Origin: Patescibacteria group bacterium
Lineage (GTDB): Bacteria > Patescibacteriota > Microgenomatia > Levybacterales > UBA12049
Direction of reading: 5' to 3'
Assembly (NCBI GenBank): GCA_038063415.1
Contig: JBBTVD010000009.1
Coordinates: 15,430 to 79,429, forward strand
DNA length: 64,000 nt
In this document: one piece after another, positions 56,034-64,000 of the stretch
How positions within the stretch are numbered: the first letter of the stretch is position 1
Layout: the number at the start of each line of letters is the position of its first letter
Notes under the pieces: generated by a model
The model's database searches: none
Seen by the model: the letters and a program-made list of their open reading frames with translations, nothing else
What the model was told of the DNA's origin: nothing
Position numbers and translations under genes: made by a program

Positions 56034-59000
56034 CTAGGTAGCACTTGGGAGTGGTTCCCTCTTTTTTGCTTTTAGTTCTAGTGCCCCATCGCCAATCTGC
56101 AGAGACTCAAGTTCGTTGGTAGGAGGTAAAAGACGGTTTATGGTAGCGGTCATTTTAGGACTAAAGCCAACGAGACCTTCTTCAATCTTTCCTCGGAATA
56201 ATCCAGCAAATTTTGCCAGTCCGCGAAAATTGATAGTGTGATCTTCAACTCTTAAACTGTTTCCTTCGTTTGCAAGAGTTATTGTAAAGGTTGCTTGTCC
56301 AAAGGAAGAATTTACTACCCCTTGTACAACAAATTGCTTCTGTCCAGTTGGTGTATCGACTATTTCCCCTGTTAGCTCTCTAAGTTTGCCCATTGGCAAT
56401 TTTTTCTGTACCTCTGGTTTGGCTAATTCGATTATGGTATCAGGTGTAATTCCAACCTGGAGATCAGGGGTGTTCTCCTCGTCAGTTTCATTTTTAAAAG
56501 CGAGATTCAACGGGATTTTTCCAAATGTCGTATCCATTGCGGTTTCTACGATAAATTGTTTTTTTCCATCTGGTGTCTCCTGGATTCCCCCTGATACATC
56601 TGCCAGTGTCCGAATTGGAAAACGAGTCTTTTGCCAATACGGCATTGTTTCTATTTTATGACGGGCTTTTTGGGTAATGCTTTCAAAGAGTATATCTTGT
56701 GCAATTGTTGCTTGGATATCAGAGCCTGATCTTTCTGGAGAATCTTCATTGGGATCCGCTGTCGGGAGTTCAGGTTGTCCTGTTCGTCTGGCTTTAAGCT
56801 CTAGTACCCCATCTCTAATCTGTAATGAGTCAAGTTCACCAACAGGTAATTGACGGTTTATCGTAGCTGTTACTATTTTATCAAAATTTTCTACATATTT
56901 TTCTATCTTACTTTCAGCTATCTTTTGAACCCGCTTTACTTTACCAATGCCAGTATAGTCAATAATCCTGTCGACAACTTTTAGACCTTTGCCTTCATTC
57001 TCAAAGGTGAGATCAAAAAAAGCTCCTCCAAAGGAAGTGGCAACTCTTCCTTTAAGAAGAAACTGTTTGCTTCCCTCAGGGGTATCGGTTATTTCTCCTG
57101 TTAGTTCTTGTATAGCACCTATTGGCAGAGGGTATTGCTTGACCAGATTACATAACACATCTGGTGGTAAAGTAGCTTGTATAATAGGCTGTTGCTCTGC
57201 TTGGTCTCTTTCTACAACAGCAAGCGCAAAAGAAGTTTCTCCGAATGGTGCTCCTAAGGCTCCTTCTACGACAAGTTCTGGTTTTCCACTTTGGCCATCA
57301 CGAATGTTTTCCGTAAGCTCTTTTAATGAATAACCATAGGGCAAGCGTACAAACTTTTTAGCAAGAGAGGATACCATGTCTGGTCTAATTGCAACTTCTA
57401 TCGTATGTTCTTGTGGTCTTCTCGCTTCACGTTCTGATGACGTTTCGTCTGCGGCATCTCTGTTTACTCTTTCCAAAAGGGGTTCTCCCCTGTTTTGAGC
57501 TGGAGAAGGTTGTGTTTCTTCCGTTACATCTGCAGGAGAAGAATGAGTTTGTAATCCTTCTGGTGTTTGGATAATCACTTTGGAATGTCCTCCATGGTGT
57601 ATCGTTGCATCATCACCTCTCGTTGTATGAAGAATATTTATGATAAGATCGTTCTCGGTCGCCGTTGCTATGCCAATAGGTGGTGCAAATATTCGAGGAT
57701 CTCTTTCTCTCTTAATAAATTGTTGTTCAGAAAGACGTAAGTCACCCGCTGATGGTTCTCCCTGATATATCTCTCCAAGCGACAGGTGATGTGTATGTAT
57801 TAGTGCTGTGGGTGCTCCTCCTTCATCCCCCGGCCAGTATGATTGCAAGAATCCTGCAAGATTTAATTTTCTTGCTAATTCTCGGGCTTTTTCTTCTCGT
57901 ATTTCTGCACGTATCATTACGTCTCCAATTCGAGGTTCTTTAAAATCAGAAGCCGGTGCTGCAAATCCGGCGATAAAGATATCGTTGTTATTATCCCTTC
58001 GTACCCTTATTCCCTGAAGAGAAAATGCTAATTCCCGGTTACGATCATTGGAAGCTTCTGCATAGCGTTGTATCATTGCTCTCGCGACGTTTGAAATGAC
58101 AAATACAGGTTGGTTTTGAGGGAAATCTGGCTCCCTTGCCATACTTTCTGTTTGAGCAGTGAGTTGTTTATACAAGGGTAACATATCCACCTGATCCTTT
58201 TTAATTTCTCCTGTTTGATAATCAACCATACGTTCCGCTATTTCCCTTGCAATAACATCTGATGACAATATGTCTTCTCCAGCTCTAATAGCTGTGGCTT
58301 CATGAGGTTGCAGACGTCTATTTAAAACCGCAGAAGCTTCCATCATTCTTTGATGTGAACTTTCATCACTACCTAAGGGATCAGATTCAGGAGAAGTAAG
58401 TTCAGGGGTAGAAGTTTGCCTTGTCTCAGGAGGCGTTGGCTCTGGTTGGTCAACTTGTTCATGTTCTCTCTGGCGGAGAGAAGGTTCTTGAAGTTTTTTA
58501 GCAAGCTTATCAAAGCCACTAATACTTGCTTGATCGGTTATCGGATTCTCTACTTCAGTAACAATTTCGGGTGCCAGTCTTCTGCGTTGGTCTGGAGATT
58601 GTGAAAGAATACTTCTTGCATCAATGTCTGCTTGAATTACTCTTACGATATCCAGATGTCCAAATGTCCGTTGGAAAAAGGGGGTAAGTCTTTTCAGGCG
58701 AGAAAGAGCTTGATCTCGATTTACCACTCCGTTTTGATCAAATTCAGCAAGGAAGTTCTGTGCAAAGTCTTCATAGAGTGCTTCTTTCTCTAAATATTGG
58801 TCATAAAATTGGTTAATTTGGTTTAGTTCAAGCGTATTTTCTACAGGCACACCACTTGCTGTTAACGTAGCTTTTACTGCTTGTTGTGTTTTTTCATCTG
58901 CTCCATCAAACCATGTTTTAAATCCTCGTCTCCAGTTTGTGTATTTCTCCTCGTCTGTTCCCTCTTTGGTGGCATCATACGCTTGGCGGTCCTCCCAGGC

Positions 59001-59282
59001 AACCTGAGCAACAAAGCGTGAAGGAAGTTGAGATGTTTTCATTTCTGGTATTTCAGAAATAAAGCCATTTCTTTCAGCAGGGGTAATTGTTTGTTTTGGA
59101 TTACTGAGACGAGGATCTCGAGAGCTCATCAAAAATCGTGCTGTCTCAGGAGAGATACCTTGCGATTTTTCTTTCTCTGGTATACGAACGTTTTTTGCCC
59201 ATTCAGCAGGTCTACGGATACTTTCAAGGACAGCTACCATACTACTGCAGTATACCATGCCAGAACGAGAGAAGAATTTCAA
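56034..59282 (-). CDS. giant hypothetical protein (1082 aa) with tandemly duplicated approx 190-aa C-terminal modules
   Basis: Long uninterrupted ORF. The C-terminal third contains two homologous modules, each with two sub-repeats (GEItDTPeGsKQF...SFG.A.F.lTf.NEG..L.V.D, ending TATINRqLP...EL.SLQI.DG.LELKA.). No recognisable catalytic motif. Confidence 0.6.
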   Translation of the reverse strand: MKFFSRSGMVYCSSMVAVLESIRRPAEWAKNVRIPEKEKSQGISPETARFLMSSRDPRLSNPKQTITPAERNGFISEIPEMKTSQLPSRFVAQVAWEDRQAYDATKEGTDEEKYTNWRRGFKTWFDGADEKTQQAVKATLTASGVPVENTLELNQINQFYDQYLEKEALYEDFAQNFLAEFDQNGVVNRDQALSRLKRLTPFFQRTFGHLDIVRVIQADIDARSILSQSPDQRRRLAPEIVTEVENPITDQASISGFDKLAKKLQEPSLRQREHEQVDQPEPTPPETRQTSTPELTSPESDPLGSDESSHQRMMEASAVLNRRLQPHEATAIRAGEDILSSDVIAREIAERMVDYQTGEIKKDQVDMLPLYKQLTAQTESMAREPDFPQNQPVFVISNVARAMIQRYAEASNDRNRELAFSLQGIRVRRDNNNDIFIAGFAAPASDFKEPRIGDVMIRAEIREEKARELARKLNLAGFLQSYWPGDEGGAPTALIHTHHLSLGEIYQGEPSAGDLRLSEQQFIKRERDPRIFAPPIGIATATENDLIINILHTTRGDDATIHHGGHSKVIIQTPEGLQTHSSPADVTEETQPSPAQNRGEPLLERVNRDAADETSSEREARRPQEHTIEVAIRPDMVSSLAKKFVRLPYGYSLKELTENIRDGQSGKPELVVEGALGAPFGETSFALAVVERDQAEQQPIIQATLPPDVLCNLVKQYPLPIGAIQELTGEITDTPEGSKQFLLKGRVATSFGGAFFDLTFENEGKGLKVVDRIIDYTGIGKVKRVQKIAESKIEKYVENFDKIVTATINRQLPVGELDSLQIRDGVLELKARRTGQPELPTADPNEDSPERSGSDIQATIAQDILFESITQKARHKIETMPYWQKTRFPIRTLADVSGGIQETPDGKKQFIVETAMDTTFGKIPLNLAFKNETDEENTPDLQVGITPDTIIELAKPEVQKKLPMGKLRELTGEIVDTPTGQKQFVVQGVVNSSFGQATFTITLANEGNSLRVEDHTINFRGLAKFAGLFRGKIEEGLVGFSPKMTATINRLLPPTNELESLQIGDGALELKAKKREPLPSAT

Positions 59283-59354
59283 GCCTTGCTCTGTTTCTCT
59301 AGAAGCAGCCTCCTGTCTTATGGCTGAGTTTGTGTTGCAGTTGGTATGGATTTT

Positions 59355-59882
59355 TCAAAAAGCTGTACCGATGTTTCTAATAATAGCTGCATGTTCTTGT
59401 ATCAGTTTTGGATCAACTTTTCTTTCTAGAACATCTGCGACAAATCCTACTACATCAGATTTCCCATTAAGGTATTTTGCATAAAAGGCTTTTGCGTCCA
59501 TTGCATCATCAATGCCAATTTCTTTAAGAAAAACATGGGTGTTATCTGGACGACTATCTTGTCGATAGTGAGCCAAAATCGCATCAAATTGTGTATCCCA
59601 TTCATCATGGGTGAGGGTTGCTTGTGCTTCTCGTTCTTTCTATGATTTTTTTGCATACCGTTCTTGTACGTCTTGGTCAATAGCCTTTGCTCCTTCAGAG
59701 CCAATCTTGCCGATCAAGCCTCTCTGTTCATCTTCTAACTTTGCAGTACCTTCTGTCTGTCCCGTAAGCAGTCTGAATTGGCGTGCTTCGTCTCCTTGCC
59801 CCAAGAGTTCTGGAGAGCTAGCTGTTTCGTGAGAAGTTGCTTGTTCTGTCATGTTTGTACCGTAGTCTATCAAAAAGTACAA
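59355..59882 (-). pseudogene. 176-codon reading frame interrupted by a single in-frame TAG (at about 59640-59642), directly upstream of the giant gene; unknown function
   Basis: Track ORFs 59640-59882 and 59355-59576 are in the same frame and separated only by one TAG preceded by an A7 run. The sequence around the stop translates smoothly on both sides (..QERYAKKS*KEREAQATLTHDEWDTQF..). Confidence 0.4.
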
Positions 59883-59939
59883 AAGAATACTTTATATTTT
59901 CATTTTAGCACGATGACAAAGAAGAAAAAAAGAGCTTAT

Positions 59940-61274
59940 TTACTCATAAAACTTTTTATGTTTTACTTTCTCTGGTAGAAAAGATTGTTCCTCTTTGGGC
60001 CCTACATACTTATCTGACCAGGTATATTCTTTAGCATAGCCCAGGTTCTTCATTAACTTCGTTGGAGCATTGCGGAGGTGCAACGGTATGGGTTCATTTG
60101 GGAATTCATAGACTGCTTGCTTGGCTCTGCCGAGTGCATTGGTTACTGCTCGAGACTTCTTGGCACTTGCGAGATAGACAACCACATGAGCGAGAGTGAG
60201 TTGTGCCTCAGGCATACCGATTTTGGTTACAGCTTCAAATGCCTGGTTTGCTTGAATAAGAGCTCCCCTGTCTGCCATGCCGATATCCTCTGAAGCAAAG
60301 ATTATCATACGTCTGGCGATAAACTTGGGATCTTCGCCATTTTCAAGCATGCGGGCGAGATAGTAGAGTGCAGCATCGACAGCACTTCCCCGCATCGATT
60401 TGATAAATGCACTGGTGATGTTGTAATGCTCATCTGCTTTTTTATCATAGAGTCCTGCTGATTTGGTCTGAAAGATTTCTTGAATGATTTCCACAGAAAT
60501 AACGTCATTGCGAGACTTCGAAGAAGTCGTGGCAATCTTTTTTGTATGAGATTGCTTCTCTACGCTCGCAATGACGAGAGCAGTTGTTGCAGCCATCTCA
60601 AGACCGTTGAGCATAATTCGAGCGTCACCCCCAGAGAGTCGGATAAGTAATTCTTTTGCATCAGGGGTGATGGTTTTTTTGTACTTCCCTATCCCCCGCT
60701 CTTTGTCGACAAGTGCCCGATCAATAATCTTGCCAAGGTTCGTAGGTGTAAGACTCTGGAGGACAAAAACCCGACAGCGAGAAAGAAGCGCACTAATCAC
60801 TTCAAAGGAAGGATTTTCAGTAGTCGCTCCAATGAGGATAAGGGTACCATTCTCTACATATGGCAAGAGTGTATCTTGTTGCGCTTTATTCCAGCGATGA
60901 ATTTCATCAAGGAAGAGAATAGTCATTCTGACTTGTCCAGCATCTTTTCTTGATTCTGGAGTCCTCACTTTGTTCGTCCCCAGAATGACGTTTGCTTTTG
61001 TTGCTCTTTTGTTCTCCTCCGCCTCGCGAATAATCTTCATCAGATCTGCTTTGCCTGTCTCAACAGCTGAGAGATGATGAAAATCGGCTCGTGCTGCCTG
61101 TGCAATCAGATTTGCGAGTGTTGTTTTGCCACTTCCTGGTGGTCCCCAAAAGATCATTGATGAGATGTTTCCCGTCTCAAGCATCTTTTGCAGCAGTTTA
61201 TTTTTGCCGACGAGATGCTCCTGTCCGATGTATTCTTCGAGTGTCTGTGGCCGCATTCGGTACGCGAGGTTCAT
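59940..61274 (-). CDS. rarA: replication-associated recombination protein A (RarA/MgsA AAA+ ATPase), carrying an in-frame palindromic-element insertion
   Basis: Walker A GPPGSGKTT, Walker B ILFLDEIHRW, sensor-1 GATTENP, arginine finger SRCRVF, and the C-terminal MgsA domain. About 20 extra residues (..NVILGTNKVRTPESRKDAGQV..) lie between the IREA helix and Walker B relative to E. coli RarA. Confidence 0.85.
   Translation of the reverse strand: MNLAYRMRPQTLEEYIGQEHLVGKNKLLQKMLETGNISSMIFWGPPGSGKTTLANLIAQAARADFHHLSAVETGKADLMKIIREAEENKRATKANVILGTNKVRTPESRKDAGQVRMTILFLDEIHRWNKAQQDTLLPYVENGTLILIGATTENPSFEVISALLSRCRVFVLQSLTPTNLGKIIDRALVDKERGIGKYKKTITPDAKELLIRLSGGDARIMLNGLEMAATTALVIASVEKQSHTKKIATTSSKSRNDVISVEIIQEIFQTKSAGLYDKKADEHYNITSAFIKSMRGSAVDAALYYLARMLENGEDPKFIARRMIIFASEDIGMADRGALIQANQAFEAVTKIGMPEAQLTLAHVVVYLASAKKSRAVTNALGRAKQAVYEFPNEPIPLHLRNAPTKLMKNLGYAKEYTWSDKYVGPKEEQSFLPEKVKHKKFYE
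60923..60990. repeat. palindromic MITE/REP-like element (subfamily A) located inside the rarA coding sequence, in-frame
   Basis: GTCATTCTGACTTGTCCAGCATC..GATTCTGGAGTCC..CCCCAGAATGACG. It contains a 43-bp segment identical to the holB copy. Confidence 0.75.
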
Positions 61275-61304
61275 AGCGAGGTTATTGTAGCACAGATAAA
61301 TTTT

Positions 61305-62327
61305 TTAGTGATTAAGATCGATCTTTTCCTTATAGACTAAGATTGTTTGAAAGTTTGGTAGGTTAATCAACGTAGTTTTTACTAATTCATGGTTTTTATT
61401 TTTTATTTTCTCCCATTGTTTAGGGGAGAAAATTCTTGTTGTATAGGAATTGTCATCTTCCTCAAGAACCCCTACTCCCATCCAAAATTTAACAATTGCA
61501 TTTTTATTGGTTCCAATAGCGATAGCATTGGGAACAACTGTCGTAAAAACGACTATTTTATCTTCTCCTCGGACGAATTGAGCTCTTTTTGACATTCCTA
61601 CTTCAGCATCGTGGTAGATTGGTCCCATAGCGATAATGTGTTCTTTCTCTGCCTCTGATATTTCTGTTAAATCTTTTGCCCCCTGCCATTCTATATTTAG
61701 TCGGGATGTTCTCATCATCATATCTTGTCGTTCTTGCGATGTTGTCGGATATGTTTGTTTTAGTCGAATAACAGCTTCCTGTAATTCTTCTTCATACTCT
61801 TTTTTGGAGTACATATCTGCTACTCGTACAATCTCCATCTGTATATTGCTTGGGAAGTATTTGCTGAAATGTTTAAGCAACATCGTAAAAGAGTCGAAAT
61901 ATGCATCGGTATCTTTTTTGGGAGTATTATTCATTCGTTCGATAATGATATCGTCTGACGAGAAGGAAAAGAGTACTCCGGGTTTGTATACCTGTAGAAT
62001 AGGAGCCACATATTGACAGTAATAAGCAATCGAGAAAAATTCAGCCCAATCTACTTGTGGTGCTGCATCCAGACTCCACAGTTTATAGCCACCAAAAGGA
62101 TACGTAAACTGAATTGGTTGATTCTTTGTTATATTTGACCTAAGTGCCGCTCGGACTCTTTTTTGGCTGTCTTCCTCCATTTTCCATTTACGGAATTTTT
62201 TGGAGGTAAGCTTTCTATAAATGAAGCCTTCAACGCCTTCTTTTTGAAGTATTTTTTGATCCTCGTCAGTTAATTGGTATGCTGTCGCTGTTTCTAAAAG
62301 AGATTGTAGGTATGCTGTTGGATTCAT
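61305..62327 (-). CDS. hypothetical protein
   Basis: 340-aa ORF with protein-like composition, between rarA and tRNA-Cys. No domain recognised. Confidence 0.5.
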   Translation of the reverse strand: MNPTAYLQSLLETATAYQLTDEDQKILQKEGVEGFIYRKLTSKKFRKWKMEEDSQKRVRAALRSNITKNQPIQFTYPFGGYKLWSLDAAPQVDWAEFFSIAYYCQYVAPILQVYKPGVLFSFSSDDIIIERMNNTPKKDTDAYFDSFTMLLKHFSKYFPSNIQMEIVRVADMYSKKEYEEELQEAVIRLKQTYPTTSQERQDMMMRTSRLNIEWQGAKDLTEISEAEKEHIIAMGPIYHDAEVGMSKRAQFVRGEDKIVVFTTVVPNAIAIGTNKNAIVKFWMGVGVLEEDDNSYTTRIFSPKQWEKIKNKNHELVKTTLINLPNFQTILVYKEKIDLNH

Positions 62328-62331
62328 ATTT

Positions 62332-62406
62332 TGGAGATGCGGGTAGGAATTGAACCTACGTCTTCTGTCTTGCGGACAGACGCCTGAGCCACTCGGCTAC
62401 CACATC
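62332..62406 (-). tRNA. tRNA-Cys (anticodon GCA) with encoded 3-prime CCA
   Basis: The minus-strand read gives acceptor GATGTGG/CCGCATC (one G-U), anticodon stem TCTGT/ACAGA with loop CCGCAAG (anticodon GCA, A37), T-arm GTAGG-TTCAATT-CCTAC, and discriminator T followed by CCA. Confidence 0.75.
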
Positions 62407-62452
62407 GGAGAAATTATAGCATTTTGTTCACCACTAAAGCTATAATGGAGTT

Positions 62453-63322
62453 ATGTTTGGATTTAAACATTTCCGTAAAGGTCTTCTCTTTGCTTTGGTG
62501 GCAGTTTTTTTTGGTTCTATCGTGACGGTAACATTACGATATCTTTTTACCACTGGAGAAAATCCACTGAATATCAGTGCCTGGATACTTCTTCTGGCAG
62601 CCGTCCCGTGGCTTTTCCTTTTTCATAAGCATAACAAAGCTTTTACCAAGCTATCCCTCAAAAATATCTTACTGTTACTTTTTATCGGTATTGCTGGTTC
62701 TGTTGGGGTTAATTACATGCAATCGTTAGCATTAGCCAATACCTCTGCAATCAATTTTGCTTTTCTGTATCGTACGATTATCGTCTTTACCATCATTTTT
62801 GCTTGGCTCTTTTTAAATGAGAAACTCACCTGGCGCAAATGTTTGTTGGTAGTCATTATTCTTGTCGGATCGTACCTGATTACTACGGACGGAAGTACGT
62901 TCTCCTTATCTGCTGGAGATATCTACACCCTCATTATGGCAGCGGCAGCGGCTTTTATCTCAAATATTCTTATTAAGCACACCATGTCCAAAATGCATCC
63001 TGATTTGAGTGGTTCTGTTACTTCTTTGGTTGCTTGTCTTTCTCTTGTGATACTTGCTTATACAAGCAATGTTTTTAGTATCCCACAACATTTCGTTTTC
63101 GTTTGTTTGGCAAGCGTTTGTTATTTTGCCCTTATTATGCTGCGAAATCGTGCCTATGTTCTCTCTACAGCTTCTTTTGTGACGATGATTTTTGGACTAA
63201 CGCCATTGTTTGTTACAATTTTATCGGTCATTTTTTTGCATGAAACGATTGAGTTTATCGAAATTATAGGAGGAATCCTTATCCTTACATCTGCCTTTTT
63301 TGCTGAGAAATATAGAGTCTGA
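62453..63322 (+). CDS. EamA/DMT-family transporter (10 TM, duplicated EamA domains)
   Basis: 289 aa. Two 5-TM halves, each resembling the EamA domain. Confidence 0.65.
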   Translation: MFGFKHFRKGLLFALVAVFFGSIVTVTLRYLFTTGENPLNISAWILLLAAVPWLFLFHKHNKAFTKLSLKNILLLLFIGIAGSVGVNYMQSLALANTSAINFAFLYRTIIVFTIIFAWLFLNEKLTWRKCLLVVIILVGSYLITTDGSTFSLSAGDIYTLIMAAAAAFISNILIKHTMSKMHPDLSGSVTSLVACLSLVILAYTSNVFSIPQHFVFVCLASVCYFALIMLRNRAYVLSTASFVTMIFGLTPLFVTILSVIFLHETIEFIEIIGGILILTSAFFAEKYRV

Positions 63323-63445
63323 GCCTTACGCTTTGTTCTTCTCTATTGCTCGAGTGGTGACAAATAACAGCAGTTGGGTAATAGCAAAGAAAAGTGGCGC
63401 AAAACGAAGTGCTGTTTCGTTTGAAAACATCCATGCTCCAGAGTA

Positions 63446-64000
63446 TTATACTTGACTCGTGGCAAGGGAAAGTAACGTTTGTTCAATAGCAAATCGTGCA
63501 TTAACGTTGGTTGTCTTTATGGTTGTATGTAGCTCTTGGAAAGAACGCAAATATTCCGTCATTCTGGCAAGCGAAGCGCGTCCAGAATCCGTTATCGTTT
63601 GAGATTCTGGAGTCCTCACTTTGTTCGTCCCCAGAATGACGTTTGTTACCATCTCTTCTCGCATAATTCGGATCATACTGGCGATCCACGTGAGTGCTTT
63701 TTCTTTATCTTTTGCAAGGAGCTCTGCCTTTTTGAGCCGTTCCCCGATCGGCATGGTTGGTAGGCGTTCAAAAAACTCTTGAAAATCTTGTCGTTTTTTA
63801 TCAGTGAGCTTTTTTATCACCTCTGGAATAACGATCAGCTGACAGCGAGAAAGAATAGTCGGCAAAAAAGCTTCTTTTGAATCTGCGCTCAGTATCAGAT
63901 ACGTATGTTCTGGTGGCTCCTCAAGTACTTTTAGGAGGGCATTTTGTGCTTCACGGGTCAACAGTTGTGCATCATCAAGGACAATTGCTTTTTGTTTGCC
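63446..64000 (-). CDS. holB: DNA polymerase III delta-prime subunit (HolB-like clamp-loader subunit), N-terminus beyond the window end; carries an in-frame palindromic-element insertion
   Basis: AQNALLKVLEEPPEHTYLIL...LPTILSRCQ is the clamp-loader delta-prime/tau sensor-2 block. The reading frame is open to the window edge, and the peptide TNVILGTNKVRTPESQTITDSGRASLARMTE is encoded by the repeat element. Confidence 0.6.
   Translation of the reverse strand, partial: GKQKAIVLDDAQLLTREAQNALLKVLEEPPEHTYLILSADSKEAFLPTILSRCQLIVIPEVIKKLTDKKRQDFQEFFERLPTMPIGERLKKAELLAKDKEKALTWIASMIRIMREEMVTNVILGTNKVRTPESQTITDSGRASLARMTEYLRSFQELHTTIKTTNVNARFAIEQTLLSLATSQV
63558..63641. repeat. palindromic MITE/REP-like element (subfamily A) inside the holB coding sequence, in-frame
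   Basis: GTCATTCTGGCAAGCGAAGCGCGTCCAGAATC plus GATTCTGGAGTCC..CCCCAGAATGACG. The 43-bp block 63603-63645 is identical to 60952-60994. Confidence 0.75.

Noticed and set aside
59640-59642. Possibility that the in-frame TAG encodes pyrrolysine
   Set aside because: No pyl biosynthesis or tRNA-Pyl genes are visible. TAG is used as an ordinary stop by several confidently annotated genes in the window (e.g. the DHOD-like gene). An adjacent A7 homopolymer makes mutation or sequencing error far more plausible.
1-64000. CRISPR arrays, rRNA operons, IS transposases, prophage structural genes
   Set aside because: I looked for regularly spaced direct repeats with unique spacers, rRNA-like conserved stretches, and DDE/HTH transposase or phage capsid/terminase-like ORFs, and found none. 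The only repeat classes present are the palindromic elements and intragenic coding tandem repeats.

Overview
The window is a compact, low-GC (about 38-40%) bacterial chromosomal segment using the standard genetic code. There are no rRNA genes, CRISPR arrays or transposases, and most genes sit in tightly packed or overlapping operons. Core housekeeping genes recognisable from the translations are dnaB, gyrB-ppa-gyrA, folD, rarA, holB (partial at the window edge), efp, pepA, maf, yebC, an RluA-family pseudouridine synthase, a Xer-type tyrosine recombinase, tRNA-Leu(CAA) and tRNA-Cys(GCA). Accessory content includes a pyrimidine cluster (pyrF flanked by two OPRT-like genes, a DHOD-like gene, a cytosine-deaminase-like amidohydrolase), a nitrogen/arginine cluster (ArgG fused to an MGS-like domain, two tandem DDAH-like amidinotransferases, aspartase, a standalone AsnRS-like core), a cell-wall cluster (Mur-ligase-like, DegT aminotransferase, FemAB family), a D-amino-acid/methyl-amine operon (DapF-like/VanX-like fusion, MSOX-family oxidase, BHMT-like methyltransferase), and an operon of two paralogous Cys-rich secreted proteins followed by a HlyD/FtsX/ABC exporter. 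The most striking feature is a family of at least 11 short palindromic MITE/REP-like elements with CGTCAT...ATGACG termini. Most abut stop codons. Two copies share an identical 43-bp core and sit in-frame inside rarA and holB, another supplies the last codons and stop of the DHOD gene, and a GC-rich palindromic segment is inserted in-frame in folD. This resembles Rickettsia palindromic elements. Lineage (possibly a small-genome Patescibacteria-like organism) is inference only.
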